From assembly GCF_020745735.1 (NCBI RefSeq), contig NC_083409.1:8545534-8609533 (forward strand): 64,000 bases of DNA. Direction: 5' to 3'. This DNA is from Hemiscyllium ocellatum (Eukaryota). Shown here piece after piece: positions 37,430 to 49,510 of this stretch (positions are counted from its first letter, which is position 1; each line of letters begins with the position of its first letter). Under the pieces are notes generated by a model. That model was given only the letters and a program-made list of their open reading frames with translations, searched no databases and was not told the DNA's origin. Both the position numbers and the translations under genes were made by a program.

Positions 37430-38130
37430 AGAGTCAGAGATTTGTACAGCACGGAAACCAACACTTCAATCCAACTCATCAATGCTGACCAGATACCCTA
37501 AATTAATCTAGTCCCCTTTGCCAGCATTTAGCCCATATTCATCTGAACTCTTCCTATTCATATACCCATCCAGATGGTTTTAAATGCTGTAATTCTACCA
37601 GCCTCCACCACTTCCTCTGGCAGCTCATTCGATACATACACCACCCTCCACATGAAAAGGTTGGCTCTTAGGTCCCTTTTAAATCTTTCCATTGTCACTT
37701 TCAACCTGTGCCTTCTAGTTTTCAACTGCCCCACACTGGAGAAAATATTTTCTCTATTCGTCCTATCTACGCCCCTCATGATTTTATGAACCATTATATT
37801 GTCACCCCTCAGCCTCCAAAATTGCAGGGAAAATAGCCTCAGCCTATTCAGCCTCTCCAGATAACTCAAAACCTCCGAACCTGGCAACATCATTGTGAAT
37901 CTTTTCTGAAGCATTTTAAGATTCACAACATTTTTCCTGTAACAGGGAGACCAGAACTGCACACAGTATTCCAAAGTGCCCAAACCAATGGGCTGTACAG
38001 TCGCAACCGCTCTCAACTCCAATACTCAATGCACTGCCCAATTAAGGAAAGCATACCGAATAACATCTTCACCACACTATCGACCTGCAACTCCACTTTG
38101 AAGGAACTATATTTTTTTGGGGGGATGAAC
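37430..38130 (-). mobile_element. CR1 3' fragment
   Basis: LEYCVQFWSPCYRK..LERLNRLRLFSL..RRHRLKV (37558-38022). Confidence 0.85.
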
Positions 38131-40058
38131 TGGGAATCTTTCAGTTGTGAAAAATGCCATTCCATGACACCATTGGAGGAAGAGCAGGCAGTTCCCCCAG
38201 TACCCTGGTCAATACTTATACCCCAATCAAAATTAATAAAAATCTATTTCCCTGCTAATTATCATAATGTGTTTGGAATCTTACTGTGCACAGTGATCTG
38301 GAAAGAGCCACGGGGGCATCCTGAGTTACGGACAGGTGCTACACAAATGCAAATCTTCATTTAAGGTTGGAGCTTCCTGATCCTGACCCTCATCCAATCT
38401 CCGTGCACTCTCACCTTCCTGGGGTCATTGAGTCATTAAGAGAAGTGACCTTGGTTGACCCTGGGGCAGTGAGACTCTTTGTAGCAGCACCCTTGACCTA
38501 GGCCCATTGGTGTGCAGCAAGGTTTGAAATGTAATCTGGAACCTTCCACATGTACACCCAATGAAGTGAGTGGATCCAAGTCTGCTCCAATGATCTCGGA
38601 TAAAGTTCTCCTGATCTGTGGGTGATAGCAGGTTTGTTAAAGATATATCGAGCTCCATCCACCGTTCCAGCTTTTGCTCCGCAGCCCTGGAGGTTTCGCT
38701 GTTTCAAGTGAATATCCAAGTGTTTTTTCAATGTGATGATGGTTTTGGTCTCTCCCACCCTTTCAATCAGTGAGTCCCAGATCTCACCAGCCTCTGGGTG
38801 GAAACAGTTACTCCTCAACTCCCCTAACACTCTGCACCAATTCATTTCAATCTCTCTGCTGATGGAAATCAGTCCTTCCTACCCACTCTGTCCAGGGCCA
38901 TCATCATTTTACAAACCTCGAATGCTCCACCATTCAATATGATCATGGCTGATCATTCAACACAATCCCCTGTTCCTGCTTTCTCCCCACATTCTTTGAT
39001 CCTTTTTATCCTAAGAACAATATCTAATTCATTCTTGACACATACCACATCTAATTCCCTCATGCTGGAGGAATGGATGAGAAGTATTGGGTTGTTATTT
39101 TTTGACCAGTATGGACACAATGGGCGGTTGGGCATTTGGGGTCTCTATGATTCTATGATTGTATATTACGAATAATTAGGTATCAAGAACTGACCCCAGT
39201 AGTGAGACAATTGGTATCGACCTGCCATTCAGAAAAAAAGGCCTTGTTGTTTCTGGCTATCTGCCAACAAGTTCCCAATCCACGTCAGTACATGACCCCC
39301 AATCCTCTCGTTCGTTGGGATTTCACTGATTCAGTTGGACATATTTAATCCTGTCAGCTCTTGCTTTAATCATTTCCTGTTCAATGTCTCCCCTGCATTT
39401 TCTATCCTCCTCTCAGCTTTCTGCAGGTTTGATCTCCAGATAACCAACATCACTATCCCTGTTTGGGCTTCCCTACTCTGCTGCCTTTTGACATCCCAGG
39501 CTGAGGAGTCTATATTTGGCAGTCCCACACTTACTCATTGTGGGAACAGATTCTGAACAATCTCTGTCTCATCCTTCGAGGCCTCCCACTGCCCTGACAC
39601 TAATTTTCCATCAAGTACTTGGTTTCATTCCACTTTTGCTAAATCACTGCACAGTTTTGTAAAATAGTTCATTCCCAAAAAGAAAACTTTTGCACTTGCT
39701 CCATTGTTCTCCATTTGCATCCCTACTCTGAATCTCACTGAGTTCTGATCACTGTCACAGAAATGCTCCCCCATTGGTAGCCCTTACAGCTGCCCATATT
39801 CATTCCCTAAACGATGGTCTAAAACTGTCCCTTCTCTTTCAACCTCACGCTCTCAGGGGCAATTAGGAATGGGCAATAAATGCTGATCCTGGCAGTTACT
39901 CTCATATCCCAAGAAGCAATTTAAACAATACCTGTTCTTTTGTCGGGATTATTCTGTATTGACTACAAATGTTCAATAAGATTGTACTGCCAGTGAATAT
40001 ACTGAGTCAAAATCCATTTGTTTGACAGGGATTTAAATTGTTACTCTTGTCTTTCAAG

Positions 40059-40385
40059 CCGTGAAAACTCTCAACTCAAGCTGACCCTGCTGCCCCCCTC
40101 CCCGGAGCACGCCAATGCCAAGGGCACTGCAACCCTGGTGTGACTTGCCCATCACTTCTATCCCGATGAGCTGGAGGTGCAGTGGAAGAAGGACGGTGCA
40201 GTGATTTCGGACGGGGTTCAGACCAGCAACTACCTGCGAGCTTCGGATAGCACCTACAGTGTCAGCAGCTTGCTGACACTCTCTTGGACTGACTGGGAGT
40301 CCAACGCTCGCTCGCCCTGTGCCCTCACCCACGTGACCCTCCCGTCTCCCTCAGAAATAGCATCAGGAGATCAGAATTTGTGTAG
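40059..40385 (+). pseudogene. IGKC: Ig kappa constant-exon pseudogene (orphan C)
   Basis: ~90% identical to 12480-12808; first Ig Cys TGC>TGA at 40141-40143; acceptor reads tttcaAG, shifting the exon start out of phase; 1-bp deletion near 40350; no V or J upstream. Confidence 0.93.
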
Positions 40386-40905
40386 AGTGTTGGAGACAGT
40401 CCACAGAGGAGGCACAACTTTACTTAGAACAGGGCTGAGCTGACAAGACAAAGGTCAATGTTAGCACTGAATTTCAACTCACTTCCTTGTCAGGACTGCT
40501 CAGAGATACGTCTGAGGTTTGGATGTTGAAGTAGGTCACTGCAACAGTGTCAAGAGACTTAACGCTATGTCAAAGTTCATGCTGTCCTCGTCTGGGTAGT
40601 GTTTGATGGGGAAGTGTTGACTGTATGCCAAGTAAAATCTCTTGAAGTTGCTGAAGACGGTCAGCTGTACAAAACAATGTGAACCTCAGAAGTCTCTGCT
40701 TCAGTAAACCAGATCTTCTTCCTGCTTAGCTATAAGTTCCAATTTAAGGTTTTGTCACTGTTTAAAGGGACAGAATTCTTATGTTATTTCGCAAATCTCC
40801 ACAAGTGATTTCCTTAAGCTCAATTGTGGCTGTGATTTTGAGCAGGTTTCTCTGTCTGGGCTGTTAAGTGCAGTTTCTTTCTGTCAATGTGAATCTGAAA
40901 AAGGG

Positions 40906-40911
40906 AATAAA
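40906..40911 (+). terminator. Paralogous AATAAA of the pseudogene 3' UTR
   Basis: Same context as 11948-11953; 3' UTR homology 40386-40950 vs 12479-11890. Confidence 0.5.
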
Positions 40912-42193
40912 GATGAAGATTCAGTCTCTGTCTCTGTGTGCTTTGGAAATACCGCCTTCTCCCCACCCCACCCCCCGCCCCCCACCCCCCGACTCCAGAT
41001 GATTGGCTGTATTTCAGCAGGTCATTGTCACAATTGGCTACTTGACCTGTCAATCAATTACAATCATCTTTCCTTCATCATTTTCAACTGATCCATTTGG
41101 TCAGGACTTTATGCAGGTTCAAAGATTCCAAAAAGAACAGAAACTGAAAGTTGTTAGGACTCAATAAGTACAATCTGACTCATTCCCTCCAGGACCAGCT
41201 AACGGGATTGCACTTTGCAATCTCTGCGGCATGTTGGGTAGCCCCTGAAACAATCTTCAGTCATTCCCAGACATTGACGGCTGTGTCTCTCACAGTTTAC
41301 TTTATGCTGCCTGTCAGAGTCTCTCTCAGTGCGAGTGTGTTACTCTGTGCTGCCTGTAGGTGTCTCTCTGAGGTCTGTGTCTCCGAGCGATGGATTGAGA
41401 AGGGGCTTTGTGCTGGGGATTGAAGATAAGGCTTTAATGTTCTCAAATCATGAATGAAAAACAGCTCAGCTGATTCAGTCTAAGAGGCAGTTCATTCAGA
41501 TGGCCAAAGTTAAAAATCACACAATACCAGGTTTGAGACTAACAGGTTTATTTGGAAGTAGAAGTACTCGGTGCGCTGTTCCTTCATCAGGTAGCTGGAG
41601 GGGCAGTATCACAGGACAGAGTTTATAGTAAATTCAGATAGCAGCTGAGAGTGTATTCTCGGTAAAGGAGGGATTTCAGAGGCAGTGGGCACTGTGCTTC
41701 CTAATGTGTTGCCCAATTACAAGGGGATTTTCTGGATACAGTTTCAGAGCAGTAATGGCTGCCTGCCCAGCCAATGCTGGCTCACCATAGTTGTATTTCA
41801 TTTGTCAAGTAGCCCGAAATTAGGAGCAGCAATATTACCTTCCAGGGAGGGGAGCTGTCTGAGGGAGGGAGGTTGAACTCTTACAGCCCCAAGACAGGAT
41901 TAGTGCAGTGGATTAATGACATTTATGACCGCCATGAAGGAGCCAAGTTCTCTCCCCCTGTCCCAGCTGTGATGCCCCTCAGGTTAAAAACGTGACTGTG
42001 CTCCTTTAGGATGATGACCATGTTCCTGTTGAGGTAGGGAGGGAAGGTCAGCCTCTCCCAAAAGCAGTACAAGCTGGATCGAAGGAGCATCAAGAGTAAG
42101 CATGGGGAGATTGAGGGTGACAGAAGGAGGGGGGGTTGGTTCGCAGGTTGTTATTCAGAGTCAGGTCCCAGAGTATCAGTACTTCTGACATTC

Positions 42194-43325
42194 TTTTTTT
42201 TTAGAACCTCTGACACTCCTGTTTATTTTTTTCCTATTACTGCCACCTAACTGCGGTAGTGCTTATTTTTTTTCCCAAGCACCCATGTTGTGTGTGTGCA
42301 GGTGTGAGACATAGTGAGAGACAGAAGGTGTACGAATCTTTATTAAGTTTCCACCACCAGGAAGAAGTGAACACCCGAGTGGCCTGTGGCAAGCAGTGCC
42401 CTTCGCATCAAAGGGTAATGCTGTGTGATCAAACAGTGAAGGGGAGGGCAGGATTAAATCAAAATAGAGTTAGAGGAGGAGATAATGCACTCCATTTCTT
42501 GTGCAACCTCCTCTCCCTGAACAACTCCAGGGTGTTGGTGGAGACTGTGTGCTCCTTCTCCAAGGACACCCGGACTCTAACGTAACCACGGAAGAGGGGC
42601 AGGCAGTCGGCCCTAACGACCACCTCCACGGCCCGCTGTCTGGACCTGTTTATGGCCAGTTTGGCAAGGTCCAGGAGCAGAGCCACGAGGAGGTCTTCAG
42701 ACCTGCCCTCCTTCCTCCGCACCGGGTGCCCGAAGATCAAGAGTGTGGGACTGAAGTGCAACCAAAAGCAGAAGAGGAGGTTTTTAAGAAAATCAAAAAG
42801 GGATTGCCAACGCCCACACCCAATATATACATGGTCCATGGACTCCACAGCACCAGAGTAGAAGCAGTTGGGTTGGGAGTCCGTGAACCACCACAATCTG
42901 CGGTTGCAGGGGGCCGCTGTGCACAACACCTTCCACCCCTAATCCCCGAGAGAAAGGGGGAGGGCTCCCATATAGAGAGCCCTCCACTGGGGATCCCCAC
43001 CGCCCAGTGGCAAATGGGCCCGCCAAGGCGTGTCCAGATGGTGGATGAGGGAGAAAAGGTGGACGGTGTGCAGCAGCAGTCGATACAGGGCCCGTCTTCT
43101 TACATCCTTAAAAAGGACAAAATTAAAATTTCGGAGGTGGCTCTGGTTGTGGGGCACAGGCTCCCGCGGGAAGTACAGGACCTTGGGGCCAAAGTGAAAA
43201 TCCGTACGGGCTGGGTTGAGCGCGGACGGGATCCCACCACACACCTGAGCATCCTCCAACTGGAGCACTACGTCGGGTCCATGCACCGCCATTTGACAGT
43301 CCCCTTTTCATCTGTCAGCCAAGAC
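42194..43325 (-). mobile_element. Tx1-like LINE 3' end, a different family from the 2.5 kb and 58-64 kb copies
   Basis: C-terminal C..CGAVESMDHVYIGC-like motif and LLLDLAKLAINRSR (42459-42929); T-run at 42194; 3' UTR differs from the other Tx1 copies. Confidence 0.75.
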
Positions 43326-43539
43326 TCCCTGATTGGACAAGGTTAACTGTCCCTGTCAGGGAACTCATATTATATATAAAAGAATAAAACATTTATCGAA
43401 CAAGGATCTCAAGAGCTAAATGGCACGAGACAAAATGAATGGTTTGAAAGGTTTCATTATGGACACCGCAAATGAGATTTGATGAACTACTTTTTCACTC
43501 ATCAGGTGGTGGGAATCTGGAATGGACTGTCATAGAGTC

Positions 43540-43835
43540 TCTACTGTGCGGAAACAGGTTATTTGGTCCAACAAGTCTACACTGACCCTTGGAAGAGTAA
43601 GCCAGCCAAGGCCCAATCCCCTATCCCATTACTCTACTTTCTCCATGACTAATGAACCTAACCTAAATATCCCTGACCACTATGGGCAATTTAGCACAGC
43701 CAATTCACCTCACCTGCACGTCTTTAGATTGTGGGAGGAAACCAGAGTACCCAAAGGAAATCTATGCAGACAGGGGGAGAATGTGCAAACTCCACACAGA
43801 CAGTTGCCTGAGGCTGGAATTGAACCCAGGTCGAA
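43540..43835 (-). mobile_element. HE1-like V-SINE with its head truncated by the adjacent Penelope element
   Basis: gggagaatgtgcaaactccacacagacag..ggaattgaaccc core on the plus strand. Confidence 0.8.
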
Positions 43836-46665
43836 ATATTCGGACCGGCCTTGACTTCGCTCCAGCTTTTGCATCCACCTCTGTCCCTACCCACTCTGCA
43901 ACCAAGACTCCGACTACATTTCCCAGAGTCACCCTGAGTCCAACTGCCTACCCGGAGGCAGCCAGCACACACGCACTCCCTCCTCACCCATACACCCCCA
44001 CAGTGTACCCTATCCCTCCACTTCTCCCTCTTCACCTCATCCCCACCTTCCCACTCCCCCACCTCACTCCACAACCCACCTCCGTCCCAAACTCCTTTCT
44101 CTCCCACACCCATTCCACCGTGTTACATCCCAATCAACCCACACCAACCACATGCCATCACCCTCCCCCCCATCCTTCAGCCACCTTGGGCCCTTCCCAA
44201 AAACATCACCCCCCAGCCTTGCCCCATATTTACTATCCCCCCCGACTTCAAACTCTCTGAGGCCAAAAAGTCCATCCTCAGGAAAGGGCTCACGGACATT
44301 CCTGCCCGACCCCATCTCAACGAAACCTGCACCCACCATGACATGGAGCTCTTCTTCCACCGCCTCTACCTCCATGTCTTCTTCTTTAATAAAACATCTC
44401 AACCTCTCTCTGAAGACCCCCCTCCCACCTCCAACTTTCCTCCTCCAGTTGGTCACCCTGCGTCCCCCACCATCAGCTGAGTACACATCCTAGACCTCTT
44501 CAGTGCTCACCACTGACCTGATATCATCCCCCTCAATTTCTCCTCCTCCCCCCACCCCCGTCACCCTCTCCAACCACCCCTCTCTGATTGAGGACTCCAC
44601 TCTCTCTGCACCAACCCCTGGTTCACTATCAAACCCACTGACAAAGTTGGGGTGGTGGTAGTCTGGAGCACAGACCTAAATGTCACATAGGCCGAACGCC
44701 AAATCTCTGACACCATGCCCTACTTCCCCCTTGCCCATGACTCTGCGATGACCCATCAGGCCAAAATCACTCGCACTATCATCATTGCCTTCAGTGACCT
44801 CCCCTCCATTGCCTCCAATCTTATAGTCCACCAGCCCCACAATGCCCAGTTCTATCTGCTCCTCATGATCCACAAGTCCAACTACCCCGGCTAACCCATT
44901 GTCTCAGCATGCTCCTGCTCTACCGAACTCCTCTCATCCTACCTCAACTCTCCTCCTTGGTTCAGGCACTTCCCACCTCCATCCGCTACACCAACCACAC
45001 CCTCCATCTCTTCAGTAACGTCCAGATCCACAGCCTTGAATGCTTTGTCTCCACTATGGATGTGCAGTCCTTATATCTATCCATACCCGATATGGATGGC
45101 CTCCAGGCCCTCCACCTGTTCCTCTGCAACAGACCCATCCAGTCCCCCTCCACCAATACCCACTTCCGCCTTGCTGAACGAGTCCTCACCCTCAACAATG
45201 TTTACTTTAACTCCTCCCATTTCCTCCATATCCAGGGGGTGGCCATGGGCACCCAGATGGGCCCCAACTACGCCAGCTTCTTTATCGTCTCTGTTGTACA
45301 GTCCCCCTTCAGTACCTACACAGGCACTGTGCCCCAACTCTTCCGCCATTACATTAATGATTGCATGAGTGCAGTGACCTGCACCCAGGCTGAACTGCAG
45401 CAGGTCATTGGCTTTGCCCACTACTTCCACCCCGTCCTCAAATTCCCTTGATCCATCTCGGACAACTCTCTCCCCTGTTTTGACCTGTCCATTTCCAATT
45501 CTGGTGATAATCTGCAGACAGACATTTACTACAAACCCACACATTCCCATATCTAACTGGACGACACCTTCTCCCACCCAGTATCCTGTAAGAACCCCGT
45601 CTCATTCTTCCAATTCGTCTGCCTCCGCCCCATCTGCTCAGATGAGGAGATATTCCACTGATCATAGATATCCAACTGTCACGAACAATGTGCTTTCTCC
45701 TTCTGACATCCACTGCTCCACGTCTATTTCCTGTTCCACTGCTCTAAACCCCCCCCCCATACAATAAAGGCAGAATCCCTATTGTCGTCACTTATCACCC
45801 CACCAATCTCTGAGTCCAACATAACATTCTTAAAAATTTCCATCAACTCTAACTAAACCACACTACCAAATGCATCTTCCTCTCCCCACTCCTGGCTGCC
45901 TTCCACAAGGACCATTCCCTTCGATAATTCTTGATCTGTGCCACTCACACTGCAACCATCCTGAACCCCTCGGTACCTTCCCCTGCAACCTGAAAACATG
46001 CAAAGCCTGCTGGTACACCAATCCCACACCTCTATCCAGGGCCCCAAACAGTCCTTCCAGGTGAGACAGAGGTTCACCTGCTTCTCCTCCAACCTAGTTT
46101 ACTGCATCAGGTGTTCCACATGTGGTCTTCTGTACATCGGGAAGAGCAAACATAAACTGAGGAACATTTCACTGAACATCTCAGCCGGACCCGCAGGGGC
46201 TGAGCAGTCCTACCAGTCAGCACCCATTTTAATTCCCCTTCCCACTCCATTTTTGACATGACCATCATTGGCCTCCTCCATTGCCACAATGAAACAAACC
46301 ATGTATTGGAGGAACAACATCTCATCTTCCTTCTGGCAGCATACAGACCAGATGACTCAACATTGAGTTCTGCAATTTCAAATAACCTCCCTTCCCATTC
46401 CCTGACTCCCTTCCCAGCACTTCTCCCTCCCTTCCACTACTCCATTACACCTACCAGATTCATTCTTGCCACTGACCAACCTGGTCATACCCTCCCCCTG
46501 TCATCACCTATCCCCTCGTCATCATCCTGTCCCCGCCATCTCGTTATCTGCAGCTCTCCCTACACCCACCTCCATTCCTGAAGAAGGGTTCCACCTGAAA
46601 CATCAGCTTCTCCACCGCCTGATGCTGCCTGACTTGCTGTGTTCTTCCAGCCTCCTGCCTGTCAT
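43836..46665 (+). mobile_element. Penelope-like retroelement, long decayed copy
   Basis: RT MDVQSLYLSIP..LTLNNVYFN..QGVAMGTQMGPNYA (44909-45451); GIY-YIG LVYCIRCSTCGLLYIGKSK (45998-46261); hammerhead-like end at 46572-46610. Confidence 0.88.
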
Positions 46666-47749
46666 TGAATGGAACCAGCAGGAAAGTGTTAGACAATCAA
46701 GGGTCAGGCTCACAAACAAATGGGAATGGGAGGTGCCACAGACAGATGCATGGAGCCAGTCAATCACAAAGAGAAGACCAAATTGGAAATGAAACACTAA
46801 TACAATGTGGATGGAATTTAATATAAGAAAGTGTATGACCATGAACTTGGGTCAGAATAATCTGAAGGCCGACTATTATTTAAATAGTGCAAGATTCCAA
46901 CAAAGTGCAATACAGAGTGATTTGGGTAGTATTGTGCATGAAACACTGAAAGTTAGTGCAAGCACAACAAGTAATTGAGAAGGCAAATGGAATTTTCACC
47001 TTTATTGCTGGGGGTTGGAATTAAAAAGTAGAGAAGTCTTGTTAAAACTGTACGGGGTGTTAGTGAGGCAGCATCTGGGGTATTGTGTGCAATTTTGGTC
47101 TCTATATTTAAGAAAGGATGGACAGCCTCTTCCTCCAACTCCTATTTCCCATGTCCTTGTGTGCTCCAATGTCCTTCCATCAGAGAGGAGTTGGTTTGCA
47201 GGAGCAGCCTCCAGTCTCTGTGTGGTGCTACCAAAAGATCTGCATTGCCCAGGCTGTTACAGTTCCCACATTACAATAATGTTTGATTTTTGGAAGCATT
47301 TAATTGGCTGTAAAATATTTTCGAACATCCTAAGTTCACGAATGCCGATTTTCATAAAAATACTTAACAAAAATAAAGTCCTCTCTCCTTTCATATTTTA
47401 TCTCTATGCTTTTCCACCTATGTCCTAACAACATCACAGACTTGTGTAAAATCTAGACTGAATCTTGAATCTCTGGGAGAGCTTCCTCTGTGACAACACA
47501 GGGATTAATGACTACCTCCTCAGTGGGCTTTGAGGGTGAAGGTCAATAGCACTATCATTGGGACTTGATCTGAGTTGTCTCCAGTTAGTCAGTGTTATTA
47601 TTCTGGGTCCAGACAGTGCTGACCAAACCTGTGTGCTGATTGAGATGAAGGGTGAGCTGTGCTGGGCTTTCACACGTGGCTTACACACACAGAGTGAAGC
47701 AGAGATTACCCATTTCATGAGAGTAAATTTAACTAACAAAATGGGTGGA

Positions 47750-48020
47750 TGTGACACCCCCAAACACCCCCTAAGGCAGTGGGGACAGGAACAGTAATAT
47801 TCTCAGATAGAAAGGATGACAGAAATGGTACCCCGCAGATAGAGGTGGGACAGGAAAAGCGACGCTCCTGAAAGACAGGGGACAGAAACTGTATGTTCCC
47901 TACTTTCTTGATGTGACATATGTCGTTGGGAAATTGGTTTGTTTTATATTTTCTCAGTTGCATTTAGGTTTTATGAGGTGATTCAGTAACAAGGATTCCA
48001 ATTCCATATTTCCTGTCACA
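47750..48020. mobile_element. Possible solo LTR (271 bp)
   Basis: TGTGACA...TGTCACA inverted termini; flanks gtgga/gcaga match only 3 of 5; no PBS seen. Confidence 0.3.
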
Positions 48021-49029
48021 GCAGATCCGTTGAAGGCCATCCTTTCATTTGGAGCTTGCCCACAGGTTACTGTCCAGGCTGATACAGCATGATCTACCAA
48101 TGCTGCTCCTATTGGGCTCAAACATCACATACGAGGGCACCTGACGAACACTTTCTGTTTGTGCTGGCAAATGGAGAGATTTGCTTTTGCTGCAGTGGCG
48201 GCCAAAGAAATGAGTCAGTGGATGTATTTCTAGCTGAGCACAATGTTCTGATGTTCATGATGGGATTAACCTCGACAGTTCCCATTTGCCTTTACACCGA
48301 CAGTGGAACAGGAAGTCACCACGCAGTGGTCTCTTGGCTCACACTGAGAAACCAAGTTGATGGTATAACTGCAGAGAGCAAGACAATGGCTTGGATTCAC
48401 AGAACAACCAGAGGCATCAGGCAACAACTGGGTCACAGGCAAATGGAGTGTTGTGTAAACTCTCAGTATCTCAGGGAACAAACACAACTACTGAGGTACA
48501 AAAACCGAACAGGATATTTTTATGAAAATCGGCATTCCAAAAATGAAATCCAAACACAATATGTATAAAACCTGGGTACGATTTAAGTTCAGAGATTACA
48601 GCGTTTTCTTTGAAAGCTGGACACAAATGAGACAGGAATTCAGCCACCCACTCTGTCACACGGTGTTGAAGTTGCACTGTCCTCAGCATAACACGGTTCA
48701 AAGCCTTTTAATAACATGAAAGGGGAGAGGAACATTGCAAACTGTATTACCACGAGTGAGGATCCATTAAAAACTAAGAACATGATATTAAATGCTCCCA
48801 GCCATAAACAAAACTGATGCATTCCCATCATTAGATGGTTAAATGATGTCAAAAGTCTGCCGAACACTTTCAGAAGACAGAGTATTTTAAATCTCAAGAG
48901 GGATTGATGTTTTATTTTCAGTACCATAGCAAGAAAGCAGCAGCTGACATATAAACTCTAACAAACCAATGATAACTAGTATTTAGGACAGAGCTGGCTC
49001 CTGAGAGAAAACAATCAACAGCAGAGATC

Positions 49030-49510
49030 TGTCCAGTGCTGGGAACATTTTAGTCAAGACAGTTTATTGCCAGCAAGTTACTGCAGCTTGAAAACTCCAG
49101 TACAGTCAGAAAGAGAAAAAGAACAATGTGCAGATTGTTGAACAGGCCCTTACATCTGGGCCTGAGGCAGGACCCCAAGCTCCAACACACTGGCCTCACT
49201 TCACACCAGTGCGGGGTCATGAAATCCGGCCATCAATCCCTCTGGGACCGGGACGGAGTGAGGGAACAGGACAAGTGTAGAAGAGTCAATAAGGAGTAAA
49301 GCAAGATGGAGACAGCGTGTTGGAAAGGGGTTAGAGGAGGAAATATACTTTGTGCCTCTCGATCCTGATATTTCCATTTGTATCATAGAACGAACAAAAC
49401 AGCACACTGTGAAGACAATCACAAATTACACCAAAGTACTCTTCTTATCACAGGGGACATTTTCGTTGTGTTACGATAAGTACCCTGCTTCTGAAGCTGG
49501 ACACTTTCTC
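49030..49510 (+). repeat. Low-copy segment X, copy 3 (no CR1 insertion)
   Basis: Homologous to 8546-8950 and to the reverse complement of 5040-5525; upstream 48925-48985 matches 6715-6640, i.e. the pre-insertion state. Confidence 0.8.

Noticed and set aside
43682-45768. Long Pro/Thr/His-rich plus-strand ORFs and their Gly/Val-rich antisense ORFs as novel proteins
   Set aside because: These are alternative frames of the C-rich decayed Penelope element.
48089-48719. 159-aa and 65-aa ORFs as a host gene or gag remnant
   Set aside because: No recognisable motif or exon structure.
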